DNA from: Thermoanaerobaculia bacterium
Lineage (GTDB): Bacteria > Acidobacteriota > Thermoanaerobaculia > UBA5066
Reading direction: 5' to 3'
Length of the DNA stretch: 64,000 bases
Assembly: GCA_963719225.1 (NCBI GenBank)
Contig: CAVRAY010000001.1
Location: forward strand, 3,488,001-3,552,000
This document shows positions 40,058-50,187 of this stretch, piece after piece. The position numbers and the translations under genes are program-made. The first letter of the stretch is position 1; the number at the start of each line of letters is the position of its first letter. The notes below the pieces were generated by a model. The model did not search any database. It was not told where the DNA came from and was given only the letters and a program-made list of their open reading frames with translations.

Positions 40058-40776
40058 GCGTGATCGGAGCGGCTGATCGCCTCGCGCTCCCGATCGCCTT
40101 CGCCGCGCTCCTCGCGGGCTGCGCGCACACCGTCGAGCCCAAGGTCGAACCGAAGGTCGAACCGAAGGTCGAAATGAAGATGGCGGTCGACGTCCTTTCC
40201 GAGCCCGGGAAAGCGATCGTCTCGTACAAGGGAGAAGTCATCGGGGAGACGCCACAATCCCTCAAAGTGAGTACCTTCGAGGATGTCTCGTCGATCACTG
40301 CGTCGAGCGCCGATCTCGACGTCGTCGAAAAGCGCATCCGCACCTTCTCGCCCGATCAGGCCCAGGTCATCTTCCGGCTGGGCAAGGGGGGCCTCTCGCC
40401 CATCGCGAAGCAGCTCGGCCTGACCCGCATTCTCGTCTTCGAATACGCCGAGAAGGTCTGCTTCGACTCCGCCAAGTCCGACCTCAAGCCGGACGCGCTG
40501 CCCGTGCTCGCAAGGCAGGCCGAAATCCTGAATCAGTACTTTCCAAAGGCCCCCGTCTACGTCTGCGGGTACACGGACTCGACCGGCAGCGACGCCCTCA
40601 ACGACAAGCTCTCGCTCCAGCGCGCCGAGGCCGTGCGCAGTTTCCTCGTGAGCCACGACGTGGACGCGGCGCGCATCAGGACCCAGGGCTTCGGCAAGCA
40701 GTTCGAGGTCGCGTCGAACGCGACGCCCGAAGGGCGCTCCCTGAACCGCCGGACGGAGGTCATCCTCCCGGAGTAG
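40054..40776 (+). CDS. OmpA-family lipoprotein, copy 2 (tandem paralog)
   Basis: LAGC lipobox; VEPK x3 insert; rest nearly identical to copy 1. Confidence 0.92.
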   Translation: MSVIGAADRLALPIAFAALLAGCAHTVEPKVEPKVEPKVEMKMAVDVLSEPGKAIVSYKGEVIGETPQSLKVSTFEDVSSITASSADLDVVEKRIRTFSPDQAQVIFRLGKGGLSPIAKQLGLTRILVFEYAEKVCFDSAKSDLKPDALPVLARQAEILNQYFPKAPVYVCGYTDSTGSDALNDKLSLQRAEAVRSFLVSHDVDAARIRTQGFGKQFEVASNATPEGRSLNRRTEVILPE

Positions 40777-40806
40777 GCGTCATCGCCCAAGCTCCTCACG
40801 GGACGA

Positions 40807-40823
40807 CCGGCACCGCACTTGCG
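40807..40823 (+). promoter_or_regulatory. Putative sigma54 (-24/-12) promoter for mscL
   Basis: CGGCAC-CGCAC-TTGCG, GG-N10-GC, intergenic, ~70 nt upstream of the ATG. Confidence 0.55.
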
Positions 40824-40891
40824 TTCATGGGCTCCTCGTATATTTTGCGACTGATCCGGGAAGCCATTCAGGCATCCCGACAGGAGCGCAC

Positions 40892-41299
40892 ATGATCAAG
40901 GAATTCAAGGAATTCATCAGCAAGGGGAGCGTCCTGGATCTCGCAGTCGGGGTCTTGATCGGAGCCGCGTTCGGAAAGATCGTGGCGTCGTTCACGAACG
41001 ACATCCTCATGCCGCCCATCGGCCTGCTGATGGGAAGGGTCGATTTCTCCAACCTCTTCATCAATCTCACCGGAAAACCGGCCGAGAGTCTCGCGGCGGC
41101 AAAGGCGGCCGGCCTCCCGACGATAAATTACGGCATCTTTTTCAACACAATCATCGATTTTTTGATCGTGGGCTTCGTGATCTTCCTGATCGTCAAGCAG
41201 GCGAACCGCCTGCGCGGGAAAGCTCCCGCCCCGGCGCCGACGGAGCCCACGAAAGACCAGCAGCTCCTCACGGAGATCCGGGACCTACTCAAGAAATGA
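40892..41299 (+). CDS. mscL: Large-conductance mechanosensitive channel
   Basis: [34 protein letters not shown]. Confidence 0.97.
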   Translation: MIKEFKEFISKGSVLDLAVGVLIGAAFGKIVASFTNDILMPPIGLLMGRVDFSNLFINLTGKPAESLAAAKAAGLPTINYGIFFNTIIDFLIVGFVIFLIVKQANRLRGKAPAPAPTEPTKDQQLLTEIRDLLKK

Positions 41300-41319
41300 C
41301 CATGGGAGGCTCGTGGCCA

Positions 41320-42069
41320 ATGACGTTCAAGCAGCTCTTCCGCTCGACACTCTTCGTCCTGTTCGCGGCTGCGCCCGCCTTCGCGCAGCCGTGCCCCTGC
41401 CCGGAGCCCCCTCCCCCGGCTCTGCAGGGCTCGCTGAGCGCGGGACTCTCGATCACGAGCGGAAACACGGACACGAGCGCCTTCAACCTCGCTTTCAACC
41501 TCGTCTACGACCCGAAGACGCACGGCGTCTTCAAGGCTGACGCCTTCTATCTGCGCTCGACGACGAACGGCGACACCACGACCGACAAGGCCGCGGCGGC
41601 CCTTCGCTACGAGTACGCGCTGACGGACCGGATCTACGGATTCGCGCAGGTCGGCTACCAGCGCGACCGGTTCAAGAACGTGACGTACCTCTTCACGCCG
41701 ATGGCCGGCGGCGGCTACTACTTCCTGAAGCAGCCGAACCTCGAGCTGGGCGCCGACGTCTCGATCGGCGGCGCCTTCGAGAAGGACAGCGGATTCGACT
41801 CGAGCAACAGCGGGGCATTCTCGGTCGGGCAGGGGTTTCTCTGGAAGATCTCCCCGGTCGCGACGTTCACCGAGAAGGCGAGCGGCCTCTGGAAGACGAG
41901 CTCCGTCTCGGACGCCTTCTACCACTTCGAGATGAGCCTCGCGGCTTCCGTCACGAAGAAATCCGAGCTGAAGATCACGTACCTCGTCGACATCAAGGCC
42001 AAGCCGAATCCGGACACCCTCGAGAAAACCGACACGGCGCTCATCGCCGCCTTCGTTTTCAAGTTCTGA
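41320..42069 (+). CDS. DUF481-like outer-membrane beta-barrel protein
   Basis: Signal peptide; G.SITSGNTDT, RDRF, alternating strands, terminal FKF. Confidence 0.82.
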   Translation: MTFKQLFRSTLFVLFAAAPAFAQPCPCPEPPPPALQGSLSAGLSITSGNTDTSAFNLAFNLVYDPKTHGVFKADAFYLRSTTNGDTTTDKAAAALRYEYALTDRIYGFAQVGYQRDRFKNVTYLFTPMAGGGYYFLKQPNLELGADVSIGGAFEKDSGFDSSNSGAFSVGQGFLWKISPVATFTEKASGLWKTSSVSDAFYHFEMSLAASVTKKSELKITYLVDIKAKPNPDTLEKTDTALIAAFVFKF

Positions 42070-42083
42070 CCGATACTGGGGCC

Positions 42084-44573
42084 ATGCTCCCCGGCCGTCC
42101 CGCGAAGGATGTCAACGCGGACGACGTCGTCCTCGGCCTCGACGCCGCGTCGATCCGGCGCTCGTTCGTCGAGAAGCTCTTTTTCGAGGTCGCCAAGTTC
42201 CCGGGCGTCGCGACGCGTAACGATCACTATCTCGCGCTCGCGCGGGCGGTGCGCGACCGCATCCTGCACCGCTGGATCCGCTCCGCGCGTACGTACCTCG
42301 AAGAGCAGCACAGGACCGTCATCTATCTCTCCGCCGAGTACCTGATGGGACCCCAGCTGGGACACAACCTCCTGAACCTCGGCATCGAGGTTCCGACCCG
42401 TCAGGCCATGGAGTCCCTGGGCCTCGACCTCGACGAGCTCATCGAGCACGAAGAGGAGCCCGGCCTCGGCAACGGCGGCCTGGGACGCCTCGCGGCCTGC
42501 TTCATGGACTCCCTGGCGACTCTCGACTTCCCGGCCATCGGCCACGGGATCCGCTACGAATTCGGCATCTTCGATCAGGAGATCCGGGACGGCTGGCAGG
42601 TGGAGCGCACCGACCGCTGGCTGCGGCTCGGCAACCCATGGGAGGTCCGCCGCTACGAGATCGAGCACACCGTCGGGTTCGGCGGGCGCACGGAGGTGTT
42701 CGTGGATCCCGCCGGCCGTTCCCGCACGAGGTGGATCCCCGCCCGCGTCGTGCACGGCGTGCCTTACGACACCCCGGTCGTGGGTTACCGGACGGTGACG
42801 ACGAACTTCCTCCGCCTGTGGACGGCCGTCGCCGCGGAGGAGTTCGATCTCGGCGCATTCCAGGTTGGCGAGTACTGGCGCGCGGTCGACGAGAAGATCC
42901 GGAGCGAGAACATCACCAAGGTCGTCTATCCGAACGACGCCTCGACGGCCGGGAAGCAGCTGAGGCTCGAGCAGGAGTACTTCTTCGTGTCCTGCGCCCT
43001 GCAGGACTGCATCCGGCTGCTGCTCCAGCGCACGACGATCGACAAATTCGCCGAGAAATTCGCGGTCCAGCTCAACGACACCCACCCGACGCTCGCGATC
43101 CCGGAGCTCATGCGGCTCCTCATGGACGAGCATGGCCTCGGCTGGGAGGAGGCGTGGTCCATCGCTTCCCGCTCCTTCAACTACACGAATCACACGCTCC
43201 TGCCCGAGGCGCTCGAGACGTGGCCGCTCCCGCTGTTCCAGAGCCTGCTGCCGCGGCACCTCGAGATCGTCTACGAGATCAACCGGCGTTTCCTCGACGA
43301 GGTGCGGGCACGCTTTCCGGGGGAGGACGGGCGCCTCGCGGCGCTCAGCCTGATCGACGAGCGCGGCGAAAAGAGCGTGCGCATGGCAAACCTCGCAACG
43401 GTCGCGAGCCGGAAGGTGAACGGCGTCGCGGCTCTGCACTCGCGGCTCCTGCGCGAGACCGTCCTCGACGCATTTGCCGGGCTGTGGCCCGGGCGCTTCA
43501 CGAACGTCACGAACGGCGTGACACCGAGGCGGTTCGTCGCCCTCGCCAACCCGCGCCTGTCGTCGCTCATCACGGAGGCGATCGGCGACGGCTGGCTCAC
43601 GGATCTCGAGCGCCTCGCCGGCCTGGAACGCCTCGTCGGCGACGCCGGGTTCCGGGAGCGCTGGCGGGTCGTGAAGCAGGCCAACAAGGAGCGTTTCGTC
43701 GGATGGATCCGCGACACGATGGGCCGGGACGTGGACCCTTCCACGCTCTTCGACGCGCAATGCAAGCGCATTCACGAGTACAAGAGGCAGCAGCTCAACC
43801 TGCTGCACGTCGGCTGGCTCTACCAGCGCATCCTTCGCGGAGACGTCGCGGGGATCGCGCCGAGGACCTTCCTCTTCTCGGGCAAGGCGGCGCCTTCGTA
43901 TCAAATGGCGAAGCTGATCATCCGTCTCGCGAGCGCCTTCGGAGAGACGATCGCGCGGCATCCCGTCGCGAAGGACCTCCTCGCGGTCGTGTTCGTTCCC
44001 GACTTCAACGTGAAAAACGCCCAGCGCATCTATCCGGCCGCCGACCTGTCGGAGCAGATCTCCACCGCCGGCAAGGAAGCCTCCGGCACCGGGAACATGA
44101 AGTTCGCGATGAACGGCGCGCTGACGATCGGCACCCTCGACGGCGCGAACGTGGAGATCCGCGAGGCCGTCGGCGCGGAGAACTTCTTTCTTTTCGGCCT
44201 GACCGCGGCCGAGGTGGAGGATCGCGTGCGCCGGGGTTACCACCCGCGCGCGATCGCGGAGGCGGATCCCGAGCTTCTCGGCGTCCTCTCGCTCGTCGAC
44301 TCCGGCCATTTCGCTCCGGACGAAACGGGCCTCTTCGCCCCTCTCGTCCGCGACCTCCTGGAACGCGACCCCTTCCTGGTGCTGGCCGACTTTCGCGCCT
44401 ACGTCGAATGCCAGGAGCGCGTCTCGAGGGCGTGGGCCGACGTCGTCGGGTGGACGAGCGCCTCGATCCTCAACGTCGCGCGCATGGGACGCTTCAGCTC
44501 GGACCGGTCGATTCGCGACTACGTCCGCGACGTCTGGCACGTGAGGCCCGTGAAGCTCGCTCCCGTGACGTGA
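42084..44573 (+). CDS. glgP: Glycogen/maltodextrin phosphorylase
   Basis: GLGNGGLGRLAACF, QLNDTHP, KRIHEYKRQ, EASGTGNMK, GTLDGANVEI. Confidence 0.97.
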   Translation: MLPGRPAKDVNADDVVLGLDAASIRRSFVEKLFFEVAKFPGVATRNDHYLALARAVRDRILHRWIRSARTYLEEQHRTVIYLSAEYLMGPQLGHNLLNLGIEVPTRQAMESLGLDLDELIEHEEEPGLGNGGLGRLAACFMDSLATLDFPAIGHGIRYEFGIFDQEIRDGWQVERTDRWLRLGNPWEVRRYEIEHTVGFGGRTEVFVDPAGRSRTRWIPARVVHGVPYDTPVVGYRTVTTNFLRLWTAVAAEEFDLGAFQVGEYWRAVDEKIRSENITKVVYPNDASTAGKQLRLEQEYFFVSCALQDCIRLLLQRTTIDKFAEKFAVQLNDTHPTLAIPELMRLLMDEHGLGWEEAWSIASRSFNYTNHTLLPEALETWPLPLFQSLLPRHLEIVYEINRRFLDEVRARFPGEDGRLAALSLIDERGEKSVRMANLATVASRKVNGVAALHSRLLRETVLDAFAGLWPGRFTNVTNGVTPRRFVALANPRLSSLITEAIGDGWLTDLERLAGLERLVGDAGFRERWRVVKQANKERFVGWIRDTMGRDVDPSTLFDAQCKRIHEYKRQQLNLLHVGWLYQRILRGDVAGIAPRTFLFSGKAAPSYQMAKLIIRLASAFGETIARHPVAKDLLAVVFVPDFNVKNAQRIYPAADLSEQISTAGKEASGTGNMKFAMNGALTIGTLDGANVEIREAVGAENFFLFGLTAAEVEDRVRRGYHPRAIAEADPELLGVLSLVDSGHFAPDETGLFAPLVRDLLERDPFLVLADFRAYVECQERVSRAWADVVGWTSASILNVARMGRFSSDRSIRDYVRDVWHVRPVKLAPVT

Positions 44574-44595
44574 GTCCGCCTCTACGAAGGCGCCG

Positions 44596-46908
44596 TCACG
44601 ACCCCGAGGGTGCCGTCGCGTCCTCGAAGTGATCGAGGATCGAGAGCTCGCGGCGCGCCGGCTCAAACCCAGGATCCAGGGTCAGGGTCTCCCGGAACCG
44701 TTCGCGAGCCTCGGAAAAGCGGCCGTAGCGGCGCAACGCGCGCCCGAGACGAAAGCGCGCGCCCGCGGACGCGGGCTCGTCCCGCGAGGCTTTTTCGTAT
44801 GCGGGAAGAATCGAGTCTTCCAGTCCGAGCGGATCCTCGTGGAGGGAAAAAGCCGCTTCCGCGTGCGCGATCGCTCCCGGAACGTCGCCGGCGCGGAACG
44901 ACGCGGCGGCCGCGTAAAGACGCGAACGCCGGAAATCCGGGAGCCATTCGGCGACGCGGCCGTGCCAGAGCGCGGCTTCCGGCCCGTATCCCCGCTCGAG
45001 GCAGGCTTGCCCCAGCGCAAAGGCCGCGTCGACATCGGGCCTCTCGGCGAACAGTTCCTGGCGCGCGGCCGCCGCATCTTCCGGGCGACCCGACTCGTCG
45101 AGGAGGAGGCTCAGGTGCGCGAGCGACGAAGCGTCCCCGGGGGCCGCCCGAAGGGCAGAACGGAAGAGACGCTCCGCCTCCTGCCTTTCTCCCCCGGCGC
45201 GCTCCACGATTCTCGCGAGATAGTAGGCGGGCGCCGGCGCGCACCGGCCGCCGCGGTCGAACCGACCGCCCGCCTTCTCCAGCCCGGTGAAGACCATTCG
45301 CGCCGCGTCGAGATCGCCTCCTCCGTAAAGGAGGAGCCCGAGGTCGAAGAGCCGGTCCCGCGTCGTCCGGCCGGCGGCGATCTCGGCCCGCGCGGCCCCG
45401 AGCGACGCCGCGATCGGGCCGCCCGGGCGATACGGAAGGTTCGCGAGCGTCATCTCCTCCGCGGAAAACGGAGCTTCCGCGACGGCGCGGGCGACGACCG
45501 CAGCCGCCGCCACCCTCGAGCCACGGTTCCTCAAGTTCGCGGCCTCCGCGCGCAGGAGCGAGGCCGAGTACTGCGCGAAGAAGCCGTGACGCAGGGTCGC
45601 TTCCGCGTCCGTCGGAAGCTGAAGGAGCGCGAACAGGGCCGCGACTGCCAGAGCCCCGGCGCCGACGGGGCGCCACGCACGGCCGGCGAATCCGCGGCGA
45701 AGCGCGTCGAGCGCCGCACAGGCGAAGAAGGCCGCAAACGGCACGAGAGGCGCTCGCATTCGCGTGTTGACGTAGAACACGAGGACGCTCGCCGCGCCGG
45801 CGGCCCCCCACGCGAGAAGCGGCAGGACGTCCGCGACCCGATGCCGCAGGGACCACAGACCCACGACGCCGAGCGACACGAGGAGAGAGAAGGGGATGAG
45901 CGGGACGTGCGCGGCGCGCAGATTTCGCTCGAGCTCGAACGCGGCGATGGAGTCCGGCGGTTCCCAGGCCCGGCAAAGAAGACCGAGCTTCTCGCCGGCG
46001 AGGCGGAACGCCTCCGCCGGATGGCGGCGAAGAAACGCGATGGCCTTCTTCGACCAGTACCGGCTCGCCTCGCTCGCGGATACGGAGTGACCGAGGGCGA
46101 CGGCGGAGAATCTCTTGTAGAGAACGTGCGACCAGTCCGGCTCCTTCGGCCCGAACTCCTCCAACTCCTTGAGGAGCGGCGAATCGGCGAAGGTTCCGCG
46201 GCTCGCCGGATTATTCGAGCCGTAAAGGGTCGGGCCGGGGTCCATGACGGTCGGATCGAGCCGGCCCGTCAGCGCGCGGTTGCGAATGGACACGAGCCCG
46301 AGGAAGAAGACCGGGGTTGCGGCGACGAGAATCGCCGCCTTCCACGCGCGGCGCCCTTCGACCGCGACGAGAGCGGCCGCGAGCGCAAACGCGAGGACGA
46401 GCGCCGTGGGACGCGTCGAGGCGGAGAGGCCGAGGAAGAGCGAGGAGACAACGAGGTGCCGGAGGCGGCGCGTCCGGCGGTAGGAGACGAGCCCGAGAAG
46501 AGCCGCGACGTCGAAGAGCACGCGCCAGACCTCGGGCAGGAGGAGATGCGACAGGAGCAGCGGGGCCGGGCTGAGGACCAGGAGAACCGTACCTGCGAGA
46601 GCGACCCGGGACGGGAAGAACTCCAGGCAGAGGCGCGCGAAAAGGGCCGCCGTCAGTGCGGTCGCGAGGATCTCCACCGCGTGGAGGAAAGCGGCGTACG
46701 AAAGACCCGTTCGTGCGAGCAGGAGATGCAGATGGAAATAGAACGGCGAGAAATCCGGTATCCGGGAGGACTCGAGGCGGCCCGCCGCCCGGAGCGACGC
46801 GGCGGTGAGATAGATCGGGAAGGGTCGAAACGGAATTGACGCCCAGATGGCGAAGTGCAGCACGGCGGTGCCGCAGAAAACCGCGACCGGGAGCCGCCGC
46901 GAAGGCAT
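44596..46908 (-). CDS. GT-C (family 39/ArnT-PMT-like) glycosyltransferase with C-terminal TPR repeats
   Basis: Multi-TM N-terminus with SPFY, GLSASTRP and RMRAP motifs; TPR-like helical repeats at the C-terminus. Confidence 0.75.
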   Translation of the reverse strand: MPSRRLPVAVFCGTAVLHFAIWASIPFRPFPIYLTAASLRAAGRLESSRIPDFSPFYFHLHLLLARTGLSYAAFLHAVEILATALTAALFARLCLEFFPSRVALAGTVLLVLSPAPLLLSHLLLPEVWRVLFDVAALLGLVSYRRTRRLRHLVVSSLFLGLSASTRPTALVLAFALAAALVAVEGRRAWKAAILVAATPVFFLGLVSIRNRALTGRLDPTVMDPGPTLYGSNNPASRGTFADSPLLKELEEFGPKEPDWSHVLYKRFSAVALGHSVSASEASRYWSKKAIAFLRRHPAEAFRLAGEKLGLLCRAWEPPDSIAAFELERNLRAAHVPLIPFSLLVSLGVVGLWSLRHRVADVLPLLAWGAAGAASVLVFYVNTRMRAPLVPFAAFFACAALDALRRGFAGRAWRPVGAGALAVAALFALLQLPTDAEATLRHGFFAQYSASLLRAEAANLRNRGSRVAAAAVVARAVAEAPFSAEEMTLANLPYRPGGPIAASLGAARAEIAAGRTTRDRLFDLGLLLYGGGDLDAARMVFTGLEKAGGRFDRGGRCAPAPAYYLARIVERAGGERQEAERLFRSALRAAPGDASSLAHLSLLLDESGRPEDAAAARQELFAERPDVDAAFALGQACLERGYGPEAALWHGRVAEWLPDFRRSRLYAAAASFRAGDVPGAIAHAEAAFSLHEDPLGLEDSILPAYEKASRDEPASAGARFRLGRALRRYGRFSEARERFRETLTLDPGFEPARRELSILDHFEDATAPSGS

Positions 46909-46929
46909 GGGTCGCAGGGTACCAGCAGC

Positions 46930-49900
46930 TCAGGGCGCGACGGCGGGCAGCTCCCGCTCCTTCCAGAGCATGTAGATCGCGGGATAGACGAGGAGCTCCA
47001 GTGCGAACGACGTCACCAGGCCGCCGACCATCGGCGCCGCGATGCGCTTCATCAGGTCGGCGCCCGCGCCTGTCGACCACATGATCGGAATCAGGCCGAA
47101 GAACGCCGCGCAGACGGTCATGGCCTTGGGCCGCACCCTCTTGACGGCGCCGTGGATGATCGACTCGACGAGGTCGGAGCGATTGCGGAGCAGCCCTTTC
47201 TCCTTCGCCTCGGCGTGCGCGAGGTCGAGGAACAGGAGCATGAAGATGCCCGTCTCCGCGTCGAGGCCCATGAGCGCGATCATGCCGACCCAGACCGCGA
47301 TCGACATGTTGTAGCCGAGGAGGTAAAGGAACCACACGGCGCCGATGATCGAGAACGGCACGGCGAGGAGGACGATCATCGTCTTCATCGCGGACTTCGT
47401 GTTCGCGTACATGAGGAGCCAGATGAGGACCAGCGTGACCGGGATGACGACCTTGAGCCGCTCCTTGACGCGGAGCATGTTCTCGAACTGGCCGCTCCAG
47501 ACGAGCGCGTAGCCGGGCGGAAGCTTGACGTTCCGGACGACGGCCTGCTTCGCCTTCTCGACGTAGCCCCCGATGTCCTCCTTCGACGTGTCGAAGTCGA
47601 CGTACACGTAACCCGATAGGAGGCCGTTCTCGTTCCGGATCATGGCGGGCCCCCGCAGCTGGCGGATGGCCGCGAGCTGGCCGAGCGGCACCTGGGTGCC
47701 GGACTTCGTCGTGACGAGGACGCGGGCGAGCCGGTCGAGATCCTCGCGCAGCTCGCGCGGGTAGCGCACGTTGACCGAGTAGCGCTCCTGCCCCTTGATG
47801 ATCGTCGTGACGGTCTCGCCCCCGATCGCCGTCATGATGACCGCGTTCGCGTCGTCCACGGTGAGGCCGTAACGGGCGAGCGCGTCCCGGTCGAGGTCGA
47901 AGTCGATGAAGTAGCCTCCGGCGACGCGCTCGGAGAAGACGGACCGCGTGCCCGGGACGGCCTTCACGGCCGCCTCGACCTCGGCGCCGATGCGCTCGAT
48001 CTCCCCGAGGCTCGCGCCGAACACCTTGATCCCGACCGGCGTCCGGATGCCGGTCGAGAGCATGTCGATCCGGTTCTTGATCGGCATCGTCCACGCGTTC
48101 GTGGTCCCGGGGATCTTCAGCGCCCGGTCCATCTCGTCCACGAGCTCGTCGTGCGAGATGTGGTCCTTCCACACGTGGCTGAGGGCGCCGGCGAGCCAAC
48201 GCGGCGCCCAGGACGAATACCAGCGGTCCTTCTTCCGCCACTCGCTCTCCGGCTTCAGGAGGACCGTCGTCTCCATCATCGAGAGCGGCGCCGGATCCGT
48301 CGACGTGTCTGCGCGTCCGGCCTTGCCGAACACGCGCTCGACCTCCGGGAAGGACGTCAGGACCCGGTCCTGGACCTGCAGCAGCCGCTCGGCCTCCGTC
48401 ACCGAGATCCCCGGCAGCGTCGTCGGCATGTAGAGGATCGAGCCCTCGTAGAGCGGCGGCATGAATTCCGACCCGAGCTTCAGGAAGACCGGGACCGTGG
48501 AGACCATCGCGAGGACGGCGATCGCGATCGTCGTCTTCGGATGCCGCAGGACGGCGCGGCAGGGGCGCTCGTACAACCGGTGGAGGATCACGCTGATGGG
48601 ATGTTTCTCTTCGGCGTAGTACTTCCCCACGGTGACCTGGTTGACGAGCCAGGCGAGCCACTTCGGACGGAACGAGAACCCGTCCATCCGCGCGAACAGC
48701 ATCCGGATCGCCGGATCGAGCGTGATGGCCAGGCAGGCCGCGATCGCCATCGCGAGGTTCTTCGAGTACGCGAGCGGCTTGAAGAGCCTGCCTTCCTGGT
48801 CCACGAGCGTGAAGACCGGCAGGAACGCGACCGCGATGACGAGGAGCGAGAAGAAGACGGACGGGCCGACCTCCATGAGCGCCTCGAGCCGGACCTTGTG
48901 GAAATCCCCGGGCCGCCCACCGTCGTTCCACAGCTGGAGCTTCTTGTAAGCGTTCTCGACCTCCACGATCGCGCCGTCCACGAGGATGCCGATCGAGATC
49001 GCGATGCCGCCGAGCGACATGATGTTGATGTTCAGGCCCATCGCGTTGAACGGGATGAACGCGAGAACGATGGAGATCGGAATCGTGACGATGGGAACGA
49101 TCGCGCTCGGGACGTGCCAGAGGAACACGAGGATCACGAGCGACACGACGACGATCTCCTCGATCAGCTTCGAGCGGAGCGTGTCGACGGAGCGCTTGAT
49201 CAGGTCGGACCGGTCGTAGGTCGTCACGACCTTCACGCCCGGCGGGAGCGACGGCTCGATCTCCTTCAGCCGGGCCTTCACGCGGTCGATGACGTCGAGC
49301 GCGTTCTCGCCGCTGCGCATCACGACGATGCCGCTCACGGCGTCGCCCTTCCCGTCGAGATCGGTGATCCCCCTCCGGATCTCGGGGCCGAGCGACACGC
49401 GTCCGATGTCCGCGACGGTCAGCGGCGTGCCCCTCTCGTTCGTCTTGACGACGATCTTCCCGATGTCCTCGATCGACTTGAGGTACCCGCGGCCGCGCAC
49501 CATGTATTCGCGCCCCGAGAACTCGATGAGGCGCCCGCCGATCTCGTTGTTGCTCTTGCGGATCGCCTCGACGACCGACTCGAGCGGCAGGCCGTACGCC
49601 GCGAGCGTATTCGGGTCCAGCGTCACCTGGTACTGTTTCTGGAAGCCGCCCACGGTCGCGACCTCCGCGACTCCCGGCACCGACTGCAGCGCGTACCTCA
49701 GGAACCAGTCCTGGTACGAGCGGATCTCGTCCGTCGCGTTCTTCCCGCTCGTGTCGACGAGCGCGTACTGGTAGATCCAGCCCACGCTCGTGGCGTCCGG
49801 TCCAAGCTCGGTCCTCACGCCGGCGGGGAGGTGCGACTGGATCTTCGAGAGGTACTCCAGGACGCGCGAGCGCGCCCAGTAGATGTCCGTACCGTCCTCG

Positions 49901-50187
49901 AAGATCACGTAGACGTACGAGAAGCCGAAGTCCGAAAAGCCCCGGATCGTCTTCACCTTCGGCGCGCCGAGGAGAGCCGTCACGATCGGGTACGTGACCT
50001 GGTCCTCGAGGACGTCCGGGCTGCGGTCCCAGCGCGAGAAGACGATGACCTGCGTGTCCGAGAGGTCGGGAATCGCGTCCAGCGGCGTCCTCCGGATGAC
50101 GCCGATCGCGAGGACGATGATGATCGCGTAGAACGCGATCACGAGGAACTTGTTCTCGGCCGAGAACCGGATGATCCGTCGGATCAT
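46930..50187 (-). CDS. cusA: CusA/CzcA-family heavy-metal RND permease
   Basis: PLDAIPDLSDTQVI, GPDATSVGW, MSLGGIAI, MPPLYEG, RVRPKAMT, MKRIAAPMVGG. Confidence 0.95.
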   Translation of the reverse strand: MIRRIIRFSAENKFLVIAFYAIIIVLAIGVIRRTPLDAIPDLSDTQVIVFSRWDRSPDVLEDQVTYPIVTALLGAPKVKTIRGFSDFGFSYVYVIFEDGTDIYWARSRVLEYLSKIQSHLPAGVRTELGPDATSVGWIYQYALVDTSGKNATDEIRSYQDWFLRYALQSVPGVAEVATVGGFQKQYQVTLDPNTLAAYGLPLESVVEAIRKSNNEIGGRLIEFSGREYMVRGRGYLKSIEDIGKIVVKTNERGTPLTVADIGRVSLGPEIRRGITDLDGKGDAVSGIVVMRSGENALDVIDRVKARLKEIEPSLPPGVKVVTTYDRSDLIKRSVDTLRSKLIEEIVVVSLVILVFLWHVPSAIVPIVTIPISIVLAFIPFNAMGLNINIMSLGGIAISIGILVDGAIVEVENAYKKLQLWNDGGRPGDFHKVRLEALMEVGPSVFFSLLVIAVAFLPVFTLVDQEGRLFKPLAYSKNLAMAIAACLAITLDPAIRMLFARMDGFSFRPKWLAWLVNQVTVGKYYAEEKHPISVILHRLYERPCRAVLRHPKTTIAIAVLAMVSTVPVFLKLGSEFMPPLYEGSILYMPTTLPGISVTEAERLLQVQDRVLTSFPEVERVFGKAGRADTSTDPAPLSMMETTVLLKPESEWRKKDRWYSSWAPRWLAGALSHVWKDHISHDELVDEMDRALKIPGTTNAWTMPIKNRIDMLSTGIRTPVGIKVFGASLGEIERIGAEVEAAVKAVPGTRSVFSERVAGGYFIDFDLDRDALARYGLTVDDANAVIMTAIGGETVTTIIKGQERYSVNVRYPRELREDLDRLARVLVTTKSGTQVPLGQLAAIRQLRGPAMIRNENGLLSGYVYVDFDTSKEDIGGYVEKAKQAVVRNVKLPPGYALVWSGQFENMLRVKERLKVVIPVTLVLIWLLMYANTKSAMKTMIVLLAVPFSIIGAVWFLYLLGYNMSIAVWVGMIALMGLDAETGIFMLLFLDLAHAEAKEKGLLRNRSDLVESIIHGAVKRVRPKAMTVCAAFFGLIPIMWSTGAGADLMKRIAAPMVGGLVTSFALELLVYPAIYMLWKERELPAVAP

